Origin: Cyanidioschyzon merolae
Lineage: Eukaryota
DNA: 64,000 bases
Assembly: GCA_000091205.1 (NCBI GenBank)
Contig: AP006497.2
Strand: one strand, 5' to 3'
How positions within the stretch are numbered: position 1 is the stretch's first letter; each line of letters starts with the position of its first letter. The translations under genes and the position numbers were made by a program. Positions 1 to 11,160 of the stretch are shown here, in pieces. Below the pieces are notes generated by a model. That model was given only the letters and a program-made list of their open reading frames with translations. It was not told the origin of the DNA and did not search any database.

Positions 1-7
1 GGAAAGT

Positions 8-922
8 TTGGGAAATGTTGCTTCGCGTGAGCTGGCGCTCGAGTACCGCCTCGATGCGTTCAAGCGTGCGTGCCTGTCGCTACCGGACTCGGTGCTGGCG
101 CACTGGGCTGCAGCCTCGCTGCCGGATGCGAATTCGCTTTTCATGGTGCGTAAGCGATTTGCGCTGAGTCTGGGAACCTCGTCGTTGCTCCTGTATCTCT
201 TGGGGGTGGGTTCACGGACACCAATGCATATTGGGATTCATGGAAGCACTGGTGATGTGGTGCATCTGGAGACGCACCCCATTGTGGTGAGTCGCGGTCA
301 GCAGGTTTACATTGGATTTGATGAAGCGGTTCCGTTCCGATTGACGAGGAATATTCGGAGTCTCATTCGCCTGACGGGAGTTGAGGGCCCCTTTGCTGGC
401 TCGATTGCGGCGACGTTGAATGTTGTGTATCGTAACTGGGCGCTTCTGCGGGACCTCATGGGCATCGTTTACACAATGGAGCTCTTTGAGAGAACCAGTC
501 GAGAGACGCTCCGTGTTGAGGATCTGGCGCAGGCGGTGGAAGAGAGCCTTGTGCGGAGCTGGGCCCGAGTCGAGCCGCTGCCGTTCTCGGCAGCACCGCT
601 GGTTCAGTCACCAACAGCACCAGCGTACGCTGCGGCAACGGCAACGGCAACGGCAAACGGGAAACGCGTACCACACCCAGAGTCCAGCCACGGTGGTGAT
701 CATGATCATGATCATGATCATGATCACGAGGTGACGCAGACCCTACCACCGCCTGTGAATACAAAAGCGAATGGCCTCGAATTCGCGGAGCGTTGCGGGC
801 CGGCGACCTCGGTTCGCGACGAGCCCGAGGGTGTCGCTCGCCGCGTCGCTGAACTCATTGCGAACGCTGGTGACCCTGCGCACTTGTCGCAGATGGAGCC
901 GCTGTGGTATCCATGGTTCTAA
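8..922 (+). CDS. C-terminal part of a PIKK-family (TRRAP/Tra1-like pseudokinase) protein: degenerate PI3K-like catalytic region plus FATC-like tail; the gene starts upstream of the window
   Basis: ORF is open from the window edge. LLGVGSRTPMHIGIHGSTGDVVHLE resembles the PIKK catalytic-loop region with the catalytic Asp/His replaced. The C-terminus ...MEPLWYPWF matches the aromatic FATC ending. An internal His-Asp repeat is present. Confidence 0.45.
   Translation: MGNVASRELALEYRLDAFKRACLSLPDSVLAHWAAASLPDANSLFMVRKRFALSLGTSSLLLYLLGVGSRTPMHIGIHGSTGDVVHLETHPIVVSRGQQVYIGFDEAVPFRLTRNIRSLIRLTGVEGPFAGSIAATLNVVYRNWALLRDLMGIVYTMELFERTSRETLRVEDLAQAVEESLVRSWARVEPLPFSAAPLVQSPTAPAYAAATATATANGKRVPHPESSHGGDHDHDHDHDHEVTQTLPPPVNTKANGLEFAERCGPATSVRDEPEGVARRVAELIANAGDPAHLSQMEPLWYPWF
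698..727. repeat. (GATCAT)n microsatellite, in frame, encoding an (HD)6 tract
   Basis: gatcat repeated about 5 times, giving HDHDHDHDHDHE in ORF 8..922. Confidence 0.9.
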
Positions 923-1587
923 CGCATCGACAGCTGCAGTGGGGATGCAGGATACGCGCGACGGCGAGCTAGTTCGTTCACGAACGTTTCGTGATCGGAG
1001 CACGAGTAGCGCGCTCGCTGGAAACAAGGTTGAAGAGCGCACGAGTTGTTTCGGGGGATACACGAACAAGCGTTCCCGAGTCGATTCTGGATCGAGGCAC
1101 AGCTGCTTCGGGAAAGCAACGGATCAGTGAGCGCGATGTCAATGTCAATGACGACAACAAGAACAACAACGACGAGGTCCGGGCGTCTTGTTGTTCATAT
1201 GCGGCTGCAGGGTATCTTTAGTCGTATTGAATCATAGAACAGTATGATCGTGTATCCGTGTTCGGGGTAAATCTTACGCTGTGAATATAAACGGCGCGAA
1301 AGTGTTACTGGATCGTTGAACGACACTCTACAGGTGCGTTGCTCTAGGCGAGCCTCCGATGTCCTTTGCTGCTGACCACGAAGTTTTTTCCCATCGCACG
1401 TCATCAGCGTTCCAATACAATACCCACACACACACACAGACAGAGAACTCAATGGAACCTCGAAAGTTCGCTCAGTACAAGGCCGCTAGACGCTGCAGAA
1501 GCACGAGACATCTCCGGATGTTGATCGAGGCGTTCAACTGTGTGTCTACAGAGAAGGAAACGTCAGCGCATGTGGTTGTTCGCGGGA

Positions 1588-1636
1588 ACACACACACACA
1601 CACACACACACAGACAGACACAGACAGACACACACG
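1588..1636. repeat. (CA)n/(GACA)n compound microsatellite; a shorter (CA)n lies at about 1426-1441
   Basis: acacacacacacacacacacagacagacacagacagacacacac seen directly. Confidence 0.9.
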
Positions 1637-4600
1637 CCACTGCAAACCTGTCAGGTTCGATTGCCTCGTCATCTGTGGTCCGGTCTGCCTAAAGTACACC
1701 ATTTCGTGGATCGCTCTCCGTTTTATGCTGTGCTTTTGTACCGGTTTCAGGGTGTAACCGGGCTTTTGATGCGTATCTTTCGTCGTGGACGCCTCCATGG
1801 GAATGGTACAGGGTGCGCTTCCTGCACTCGTTGGATGCTCTCGTCTGCGACACGCGATTACAGCCTTTGAGCGCTGCAGGATGCCCAGTGGTGCAGAATG
1901 GAACAAAACCACGCGACTCGATGGTCATTTGCTTTTCCAATTCATTGAAAAAGTTGGTGCATACATGCTCTCTGCCTCTGTACAACAGAGACCGTTCGCA
2001 ATTCTAGATCGATCCCGTGGAAACCGTCCAAGTATCGCCACATGCCCTTTATGGACGCGCGTATCCTCTCTAAACCGTAAAATTTCCTATACCAGTCAGT
2101 AGGTTTTTTCTGGAAGAGTGAAGTGAACGTACAATGCGAACAGAAGAGGGCGTACATCGTGACGCGCTCGAGAGTGCTCCGCATAGGGTTCGCATTTCAA
2201 GGTTGGTTTTGAGTTTTTTTGGTACCGCAGCTGGCGATATTCCAGGTGTCGACTCGATGCGGCGACCTGTAAAGTTAAGTTGGGAATCAAGTGTTCCATT
2301 CCCTGGACTTTTGCTCAGGTCGCACGGCGCATCCTGCCCCGCGCGCCAGCTGGGTTGTCGTGCGTAGCTTTCATCGACAAGTTCTGGATGAATGTGGATT
2401 GTTGGTTGTCCTGCGTCCGGACTCCTACGTACCGTTGCTTATCGACGTGCATCGAGAGAGTAGAGGCGACCGCTACTCGAATAAGAAGCCATACAATTGC
2501 TAATGGAGTACGGTCTTTCACTTTTCAGAGGAATCTCCCCGGTAATCGGTTATAGGAAGGAGGGGTTTAGAAGGGTTTCCGGCTGATCTTTCCACCCTGG
2601 CACTCTTCTCATTACTGTTCTTGCTTGTACTCTGTTCGGAAGGATGCTTCTCTTCATTGTCGGGCGGTTTGCGCGTTATATCCTTGGCTCGTCGGGGCGT
2701 CATCCATGAGGTCGCTGTACCCTGTATGCATTTTTCCACGCGATTCACATGTGTGGAGTTATCTGTCGGCCAGAGGCTGGTCTCGTCCATCCATGAATCT
2801 ACGAATCCTCGAGTACCTTTTCGTAGTTTTCTCTGTCGAAAGCACGCTCCAGGACCGGAGCGCATATATGCGCTCCGTGCTGCACTCAAACTGAAGAGCG
2901 ATAGTGCAGAACGGGGGCTCGTGAAGGTAGAGACCGACTTGTCGGAGAACAGAGCCACGGATGCGAACGCCGCATCGAGTGATTGAAGGTCGTATAAAAG
3001 GTGTTTGAGAAGAGATAGTTCGCCTTCGACTTAGTGAAACAGGGACAGAAAGCGGGTACGAAGTGCAGCTCAACGCTAGTCGCAGGCGCGTACTCCCTGA
3101 CCGCTGTTGCGTAATGTAAATCGACGTTGTCAAGAATCGTTACGAAAGATTTCCGGAAGCACAAGTCAGAGGGTGTTTCGGCGAAGGATTCGTTACTGAA
3201 CGCTCCTGAAGGTTAGGCGATTTGTAGTGTTCAAAGAACTAGATCGCTGCTGGGGCTCACGTTGTCGTCAAGCCAGGTTGTCTCGTCTTGATGGGCAGCA
3301 GTCCAGCGCTTCTTGAGTGCGCTTACACAAGTCGACTAATACTGCCGAGTAAATTCTGCTCGAATGAGACGGATACTTTTGACCCTTGTACGAAGAGCTC
3401 GAATTTCTCCTTGAAATTGATAGAATCTTGATCAGCGTGCGACGTTGTACCACGGAAACATGCGTGTTTCTTAGTCCTTCCGATTGTCTTCCTTGCGTAT
3501 GGAATCTCAAGTACGGAAACGTCGTATCTCGTGGCAGCTGCGGTAGTATTTTTCCGAACACGTATGGATTGGAACGGGTTCCCCGGGAGATGATTGTATA
3601 GATGAATTCTTGAAAGTTCTGAGTTCGGTGCATGATTCACAGAATCGGGACTGGATCAAGTGTGCTTCACACGCCTGCAGACAGCAGACGCCTGGTTTGC
3701 TCGTATTTTTGCGACCACGCGCTAGTTCACAAGAGTCTCATCTTCGCTTGACTGCGTGTGAGAAAACGGATAAAAACAGAAAACGCGTGCCGATGACCAT
3801 ATTCTAGAATTCAATGCGCTGCGAATGACCTGGGCATGTCGTGTGCAAGTCAGCCGATAGCGTTCTAAGTGCAGCATCGGCTGAGTGGACCGTATCACTT
3901 GGGTCAGCACAGAATGGGACACCGAACTGCTCGCGCTGTGTGTGCCTTGCGATTTTCGTCGCAACTTGGGCTTAGATATCTAGCTTCGACGTTCGGCATT
4001 GTAGCGGTATGAGGTTACGGGTTGATGGGAAGTTTCATCGCGCTCAGCAGTTCTTCAGGGGTGAATTTTCCGACTGTTCGACGCCTCTAGATCTTGTATA
4101 CAAGCCTCGACTCTGCTGTTTTCCTTAAGCGTACCATGTTCAAATCACGCATTCCTCAAGTTTTCGATCGTTCTGTTCCAAGGGAACTCGTGGGTGCAGC
4201 TGCTCGTGCGGCTGGACTCGCGAAGAGAGAAACTCGATGCTGCACCTAGGAAACTCCTTCAGATGTTCATGCCAAACGCCCAGTAATTGCCCTAAAAATG
4301 ATCGGTACCGTTCGAAAGACAAACCCACCACGCTTTACGTTCATCGACGAAAGAGCGTTCCATAGATGCGTGACATATGTAATGGGATATGCCTCCAGAG
4401 ACTCTATTTTCATCTGTTTATATGTCGTATTGTCTTGGACTCGAAGCTCGGTCACCGCGACATCGCGTGCAATGGAGCATCCGTTACCTCTTTGCACCAG
4501 GAGATCGAAGGTTATAGTCGGATGAAAAGTTTTCTCGACATCATCTCCTGCCTGAATGATCTCGTCGATACTTGCTTCATCATGGATCACATCGCATTCC

Positions 4601-5286
4601 ACAATTCTTCTTCTGATTGAGACAGCGTGCACTTGCGTGTTCAACGGATAAAGTACTCGCCGAGTGCATTCCCCGCAAAAGCCCCTGACCGTTGGGCACG
4701 ACATCGGTTTCGAACGCGGGAGCGGGCATCCAGCCCAGCCCTCTGTACACGTCAAGGGCTTCTACCGAGCGATGATGAAAGTCTCCACGCGCTACAGGTC
4801 AGCTCTTGGAGGAAAACGTGCGGTGGACATCTGGGAACACCTGATCGCAGCCAAGCTTCAATTTTACGAATGGCGAACCAGCGCTGTATGCAGAGAAGAA
4901 GAGCTTGGCAATCGACACGTAGATTCAACCGCGTAGCTGTACATGACATAAAAAAGCAGAATAGCCAGAGGTCGCGAAATGAAAAGGCGAGCGCTGCCGT
5001 CAACATCCTCTGACTGTTGACAAAGGAGCCAGAGATGCAAGAGAGATCGGCGTATTGAAAGACGACGATAACAAGAGAAAAGGAAGCAATCGCAGAAGAA
5101 GCCCACAAAAATTAGAATTCACGATCGTTGAAAGATATGCAAGCTTGATCGTATGCTTTCGAGTTTGCGCACTGCACGCACTCCATTTCATGCTCGTACG
5201 AGTCTAGCGCACGGGGTTGCGATGGATCCATCGAGACCCTGCAGCGCGCATCTTTCTCCAATGTCAAATTAATTCCAATAAATACA

Positions 5287-5919
5287 TTGAAATACAGTGT
5301 TGTATCGAAATGTGCTGGACATCATGGAGACGCGGCATGCGCGCAGTCGTCAGCATTCCAGCGAGCGTCTTGCAGGGCATCCAGCATACATAACTGCTTC
5401 GAAACGCGGTTGCGGTCCGTTCGACCGGCACCATCGCGTGCGCTCGTGTGTGCAGCGGTGGTGCTGGCCCTGCAGCAAGTGAGCTGGCGCTTGATGCATA
5501 CCTTGCACCTCGCAACGAAACAGCCGTTCGGCGTGCACTGTGTTGCAGTGTCGCCTAGGGGGCGCCGACGGCAGCAGCAGCAGCAGCAGCAGCAATATCC
5601 CCAAAAACGCACTGCAGGCGTGCCTCTCGCGTTTGGCGGCGGCTGGGAAGTCACCCTGGGATCGTTGCTTTCTACACTACTCGCCCTGGGGCTGGTGCTC
5701 TGGGCAGAACGAAGATCTTGCTCGGCTTGTCAGGGCACAGGCATGGCCCCGTGTCCATCCTGCAGGGGAACGGGCTGGGCGCCCGGCGCTCGTGCACAAG
5801 TCTGCGGACGTTGCGACGGCGTCGCACGCGTGCCTTGTCCGCGGTGTGCCGGGCGCCGGCCTCGTCAGCGGCAATCAAGCCGGCGATCGACAACATTCAC
5901 AACTCGAGGCGACAAGTGA
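5287..5919 (+). CDS. Possible DnaJ-type cysteine-rich zinc-finger (CxxCxGxG) membrane protein, BSD2/LQY1-like; start codon uncertain
   Basis: polyQ, then a hydrophobic segment LGSLLSTLLALGLVLWA, then CSACQGTGMAPCPSCRGTGW...CGRCDGVARVPCPRC (CxxCxGxG repeats typical of DnaJ CR-type zinc fingers). Confidence 0.35.
   Translation: MKYSVVSKCAGHHGDAACAQSSAFQRASCRASSIHNCFETRLRSVRPAPSRALVCAAVVLALQQVSWRLMHTLHLATKQPFGVHCVAVSPRGRRRQQQQQQQQYPQKRTAGVPLAFGGGWEVTLGSLLSTLLALGLVLWAERRSCSACQGTGMAPCPSCRGTGWAPGARAQVCGRCDGVARVPCPRCAGRRPRQRQSSRRSTTFTTRGDK
5566..5592. repeat. (CAG)9 microsatellite (polyQ in ORF 5287..5919)
   Basis: cagcagcagcagcagcagcagcagcaa. Confidence 0.9.
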
Positions 5920-6237
5920 AGAGGCACGGGAAATCGTCAACCGCTGTCGCAGAAAACGCCTTGGGGTCTGCGTAGATCGTAGTCATGGCGTTACAGAGCG
6001 CGGACGCTTCACCAGCACCGGGAATAGAAACCGCACTCGAGGGAGGCATGACGCCAGCGCCGCGAGCGCGTTACTCCTTCACGCGTCTCGGTAGCAACGA
6101 TGCTGCTAGTGATCCTGGTAGTCATGGTTTACGGACTGCGCTCGGTCCGATGCGCTAGCGTACTTATGACGACAGTGCCTGCTTATCATGGATTTCAGGA
6201 ATTGGGCTGAAGTACGGTGGGAGTCTCTCGAGACCGC

Positions 6238-9042
6238 TCAGTGCACTGACCACAGATCAGACGCTCGTGCGGCGCACTTGCGCAGTGCTGGAGCCAGCTC
6301 CACTCGCCCGCGGTGCTTCAGCATCAATGAGGCAGCGGCACGGGCATCCAAAATCTCGCTGAGTGCATCGTACGCAACCTTCGCAACGGACGAGATGCCT
6401 AAACCGGGTCGTTTGAAGATTGCAGGCAGACTCTCCAGGGCTTGGGTGAGGAAGGGTTCGTCTGCCAGGGCCGACACCGTCGCAAACGCGAGGACGCACT
6501 CGCGGCGAACATCCAGCAATGTGCTGTTCAGGGCCGCCTCCCATAGGCCGCGCAGCAACTTGCTCATTGAAACGGAGAAGAGACGTCTCTGGTCCTGGTC
6601 GTCAGGTCGATCTCGAGCGGCAATGAACAGCAACTCGACACCAAAGCGGCGACTGAAGGCCGCCGCAGCCAGCGCCAACCACGCCTCGGGGCTGCGCAGA
6701 CACCGCAGCAGCGAAGCGTGGACATCGCGTGCTGCTGACGGGGTCTCCATGCACAGAAGCCAACCGTTTCGTAACCAGCTTACAATCAGGGGACTGGATG
6801 CATATTTGGAAGCGAGTTGCTCACAAAATTGGATATGCAAACGGGCCAGCTGCGGTGAAGTTTTTGCATAGCCAAACGCGCCCTCGCGGAGAAAGAAGAT
6901 GGCATCACGAGGCGCACACGATAACAGAAACGGCTGCAGGTGCTCCGCCAGTTCGGAATACCGGTACGGCCTCTCTTCCAACTGGCTCAACTGGCCAGTA
7001 TCTTCGATATGAAACATGTAAATAAACGCAATTGCAGCAGCAACGCGTACAGCTGCTGAACGATCGCCATTCATAGCGATTACGATGCGTTCTCGCAGCG
7101 CTCCGTACACGGGTCGTTCGCGAATCCATTCCATGGCTGCTGGGGTTGCGTTCGCCACCGAGCGGAGAACTTGGAGCCACAGCGTGAGCGCTGCGAGTCG
7201 TCGAACAGATTCAGCGCTCGCCAGAGCGTAGAGCGCCCGTCGCATGGCCGTGTCTGCGAGCGGGCGTCGAGCCTTGTGCGCATTGTCGCCGTTGGGCTGT
7301 GACCTGCGCTGCAGCTGCGCAGAGCCGCTGTCAGAGGGTGCTTCGGTTGTGTGTTCGGCATCCGAGCGCTCGTCCTGTCCGCCCGAGAGAAGATCGTCCA
7401 GCTCGAGTAGGACGTTCGATGATGCTGTATCGCGCGTAGGATCGGCGGAAGCCGCCTCGTCTACTTGGCGTTGCGTAGACAGTAGTGCTGCCTCGTTGGT
7501 AAACGGCCAAGAGGGATCGTTAGCCTCCAGGAACATCCATTTCTCCCAGGGTAACGATCGGGAAAGCATGGCGAGCATTTCCAAAATGCTACGATTACCG
7601 GTGGAGTAGTCACAGAGCTCCTGAACATACGTGAGAATCTCCTTGTCACTGAATTCTTCCGACTCGATATGATCGCCTGTATCGACACTCAGTGACTTGT
7701 TTCGTGCCATTTCAGCTTTGACTCGCGCTGCCAGGAGACGGCGATTCGTCATGGCCATTCGCTCTGACGACAGTTCCTGGGCGGTAGACAGCATGCTGAG
7801 GCGCATTTGCGCCAGCGAGATGTACTGTGCCCCCGAACGCTTCACGTCTGTCGTATTCAACTGATGAATATGAACCAAGCATTGTAGAATCTTCACTAAG
7901 TAGACCTGGGTGGCCGGATCCGCAGCCAGCCTCGCCAGCAACACTCGATTACAGAATGCTCGACGGATCAGACCGCGCATTCGAGTTGGCAGGTTGAACT
8001 CCCCGCTGGTCCGCCGACAAAGCTGGGTATATTGCAACACCAGAGCCACACCATGACGACGCACTGCCGCTGAGCGCGCATTCCAGGCTAGTTCAATAAA
8101 ATGTACGGGAATGGGGTAGGGTTTCTGGGCTAGTTTTTCCAGTCTAAGTGCCTGGAGCTCGCGCCAGCCTAGCAGCAGCGCTTCCAGGAACGCGTCGCTT
8201 TCCCGCGGCGACGAATGCAACTTCAGCGGTCCAGCGGTGGCGGCAGCATCGTCAGTTGCGGTACCACTGGTGTACAGCGCATTCGAGCGTGGACGGAAAT
8301 CAGCTGTCCAACCGCTGTCTGCGAGGGAGCAACGACCCAGTTGGACCTCTTCATCTGTTTCCCAGACGTTCACCAATGCGCTGCATGATGCTATATCCAA
8401 GTCAAGTGTGACAGAGGCTTGCTCAAGTTCTGAGTAGGGAGCCCCGACTACGCTACATGAACCGCGTAGCAAAAGAGTCGCCAGCTGATCAACGATACCC
8501 GATGAAGGCAACGCCACCGCCAGCGCAACGGCAGTCTGCAGTGCACCAACCTCTCTTGCGTGGTGCCGTTTCTCGAACTGCAGAGACCACTTGCGAAAAG
8601 CTTCGGCGATCTCAGAGGTGTGCTGAGAGAGCTGCGTGGCGAGTTCGTTCTCATCGTTGCTTCCAGTGGTCACGACGGCCACAGCTCGAGCGCAACGGCG
8701 TATAAGCAGACGCGCCGCCCCGGCGACCCGCGAGCCATAACCTCCAAAAGTGAGTTGGAGTAGCTGTGGGAAAAGATCGAGGGGTGACTCATCAGTTACA
8801 AGAAGTAAGCGTAGTGCTGCCAGGAGCCGACTTTCGCTGCGAAGCGCCTTGTCGTTCTGCAGCTCCTCTTGGAGGGCGATTCGGCCGATTGTTCGGTACG
8901 AGTCCTCCGAGCGTTTAACACTCTCAGAAACTGCTGTGGTTACCCTTGACTCGCAAACCCTACCGACTCCGTATTTTTCTATACACTGAACGAGGTACTG
9001 TCCTGGGAAAAACCACATGAAACTACACGTGTGCGAAGCCAC
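6238..9042 (-). CDS. Large (about 930 aa) predominantly alpha-helical protein of unknown function; single exon
   Basis: 2.8-kb uninterrupted ORF in a GC-rich context with Leu/Ala-rich amphipathic repeats; no family motif recognised by eye. Confidence 0.5.
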   Translation of the reverse strand: MASHTCSFMWFFPGQYLVQCIEKYGVGRVCESRVTTAVSESVKRSEDSYRTIGRIALQEELQNDKALRSESRLLAALRLLLVTDESPLDLFPQLLQLTFGGYGSRVAGAARLLIRRCARAVAVVTTGSNDENELATQLSQHTSEIAEAFRKWSLQFEKRHHAREVGALQTAVALAVALPSSGIVDQLATLLLRGSCSVVGAPYSELEQASVTLDLDIASCSALVNVWETDEEVQLGRCSLADSGWTADFRPRSNALYTSGTATDDAAATAGPLKLHSSPRESDAFLEALLLGWRELQALRLEKLAQKPYPIPVHFIELAWNARSAAVRRHGVALVLQYTQLCRRTSGEFNLPTRMRGLIRRAFCNRVLLARLAADPATQVYLVKILQCLVHIHQLNTTDVKRSGAQYISLAQMRLSMLSTAQELSSERMAMTNRRLLAARVKAEMARNKSLSVDTGDHIESEEFSDKEILTYVQELCDYSTGNRSILEMLAMLSRSLPWEKWMFLEANDPSWPFTNEAALLSTQRQVDEAASADPTRDTASSNVLLELDDLLSGGQDERSDAEHTTEAPSDSGSAQLQRRSQPNGDNAHKARRPLADTAMRRALYALASAESVRRLAALTLWLQVLRSVANATPAAMEWIRERPVYGALRERIVIAMNGDRSAAVRVAAAIAFIYMFHIEDTGQLSQLEERPYRYSELAEHLQPFLLSCAPRDAIFFLREGAFGYAKTSPQLARLHIQFCEQLASKYASSPLIVSWLRNGWLLCMETPSAARDVHASLLRCLRSPEAWLALAAAAFSRRFGVELLFIAARDRPDDQDQRRLFSVSMSKLLRGLWEAALNSTLLDVRRECVLAFATVSALADEPFLTQALESLPAIFKRPGLGISSVAKVAYDALSEILDARAAASLMLKHRGRVELAPALRKCAARASDLWSVH

Positions 9043-10989
9043 TCGGATGACGAGAAACGAAGCGCATTCGTTGAGTGAGTCAGTGCGGCCTGTCTGGACA
9101 GGTTATACCACGAGTCCAGAAATGGGAGGATTCGGACTACCACATAGGCACAACTTCATAACGTCGGATTCGCTTTCAACTCGGGGGTGACATTCTCCGC
9201 AGCAACGAAAAGGTCTTTTGAATCTTCGAGTTTATCTACCAGATTAGCTGTGGGAGGTGTGTTTTATCGGACTGAGAAAAAAATTGACTCTGGTGGGATC
9301 AGTTTAACATAACCTCTGGCGTGCTGGACCAGTGTGCTGCGGGACGCTTGCGGGGAGAGAAAGGACGACGAGCAGACACAAGTGACCGCAGGCAACGTTG
9401 GCTTTGTCAAGATGAGGCTGAACGCTCTTCTCCAAGAAAGCTGCCGCGAACGGATATAGTCCTCGGTCCCAATTATTAAGCCAGCCGTGGCAACTGGTTC
9501 GAAGGGGAAGCATATGCCCTCGAGAACTTACACATTCTGACGATTTTCTCCAGCGACACCTGACCCAGCTCAACATATTGCTCATTTCGCTTCTTACAGA
9601 TAACGAACAGATATAGGTGCAAGATGGTCAAAAAATGGACGGGCGGAGAGGCCACAAACGCGCTCCCGCTCCTCGATGGGAACTTTTTCGCTCTTGCATG
9701 ATTGCTTGTATCGAGAGAAGCATGTACAACTTCGAGAGAACCATCGGCTCGAGTGTCACTTCGATCGTCTCTGACCCAGACGCACGGGAGGACAACCCGA
9801 AAGGGAAGAACAGTGAGCGTGCGCGACAGTGGATTTCCTCGGAATGACTCAAACGCTTGCGGAGCTTAGCCATCAAGGTGGCGACAACAGAAACGAATCA
9901 CATGCAGATGAACGTCGAGTCAAACGTCGCCCATTACTGAAAGCCCAAGCACGGAAACAAAATCAAGGAAGACGCTAGAAAGAGAGGGAGGGAAACATTG
10001 TCTGTGTTGTCACCATTCGATCGTTCGTATGCCTCGACGCGTCACCCGCCTCCCGAATGATCGAGAAATGAAAACGAACGTGACACTGGCGGCTGCGATC
10101 ACGGAAGACGTGATGAGATGCATTCGCGAAGGCTTGTTTGTGAAGCACTCGTTCATGATGCGAGGGGTCCTTTTATCTGGCCAGCAAATAGTTGAAAGAG
10201 TGTGTGAACGTTTCGAATACCTGACGGGAGTAGGACGCAGCACGCAGAACAAGTGAACGTCACCCAAAGACGTTCGCTCTCCTGTCTACGGAGCGTGGCT
10301 TCACTATAGGTTACGTTGCTTTCAGTTACTTGAACATCGTGGGCGTGCTGCGATGTCGTGGCATCGAGAAAATGAGAGGAAACGAAAGGAAATCCTGTGA
10401 GGAAATAAAGAGGACGGTTTACCAGGAAAACCTCAATATCAAGAGTGCCGAAACGAAAAACAGTCCATTCGATTTCCGGATACTCGGACATGGGCACGGT
10501 GTCAGCCATGCACTGATAGCATCGCCGAATATTTCGGGGCGAAGGGGAAACGATGGAAGCCTGCCGCCTCAGCATGATAATCAGAGCCTCGTGGGCATCG
10601 ATCCGGGTTTTCCAGACCTGGTTTTTTGTGCACCCGAGTCCAGGGTCAGAATAGCGTCATTATAGCAACAGAACAAACGCCCACGAGGCGAGGTTCGTCT
10701 ACAGCGCAACCAAGAGACAAAAAATACAACTTACAGCCGGAGGGTGTGACTGCTCGTCTCATCTTTTGCGGAACGATGCATTCTACTGACAATACTTATC
10801 TGCGTAGGTAACTGAGCGTTCTCCTTGAATGACTGGAAAACAGAGCTGGTTCTCGATACCAGCGCTAGCGGTTCCTCCGTCACGTGTTTGAACACTAAAC
10901 AGTCCAGGGGATCTGCGACCCGCCTCTGGTGCGGTGTGGCAAAGAGGCAATCCTCGTGTTCCGGAACTGGGATGCCGAGGTCAAGCATC

Positions 10990-11160
10990 CGATCTCCCGT
11001 CGGGCGTGCGGCGCATTCGAAGCGACCAAACAGAAGTTTCGGGAAATACCGGATTTTTTTCATTGACAAAACGTTTACTTGGGCCAGCGTACTCCGATTA
11101 TGCGCTTTTTTCTTTTCTTTCTTTTTTTGTGCTTTTTTTTTTCTGTGCGCGTTGAGGGAA
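10990..11160 (+). repeat. Partial copy (T-rich core) of dispersed repeat D (see 43575-44200 and 53590-54340)
   Basis: about 85% identity over roughly 130 nt to 53915-54025 (ccgattcttttcatggacaaaacgtttccatcggccagcgttctccgattacgcgcatttttcttttctt...). Confidence 0.7.
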
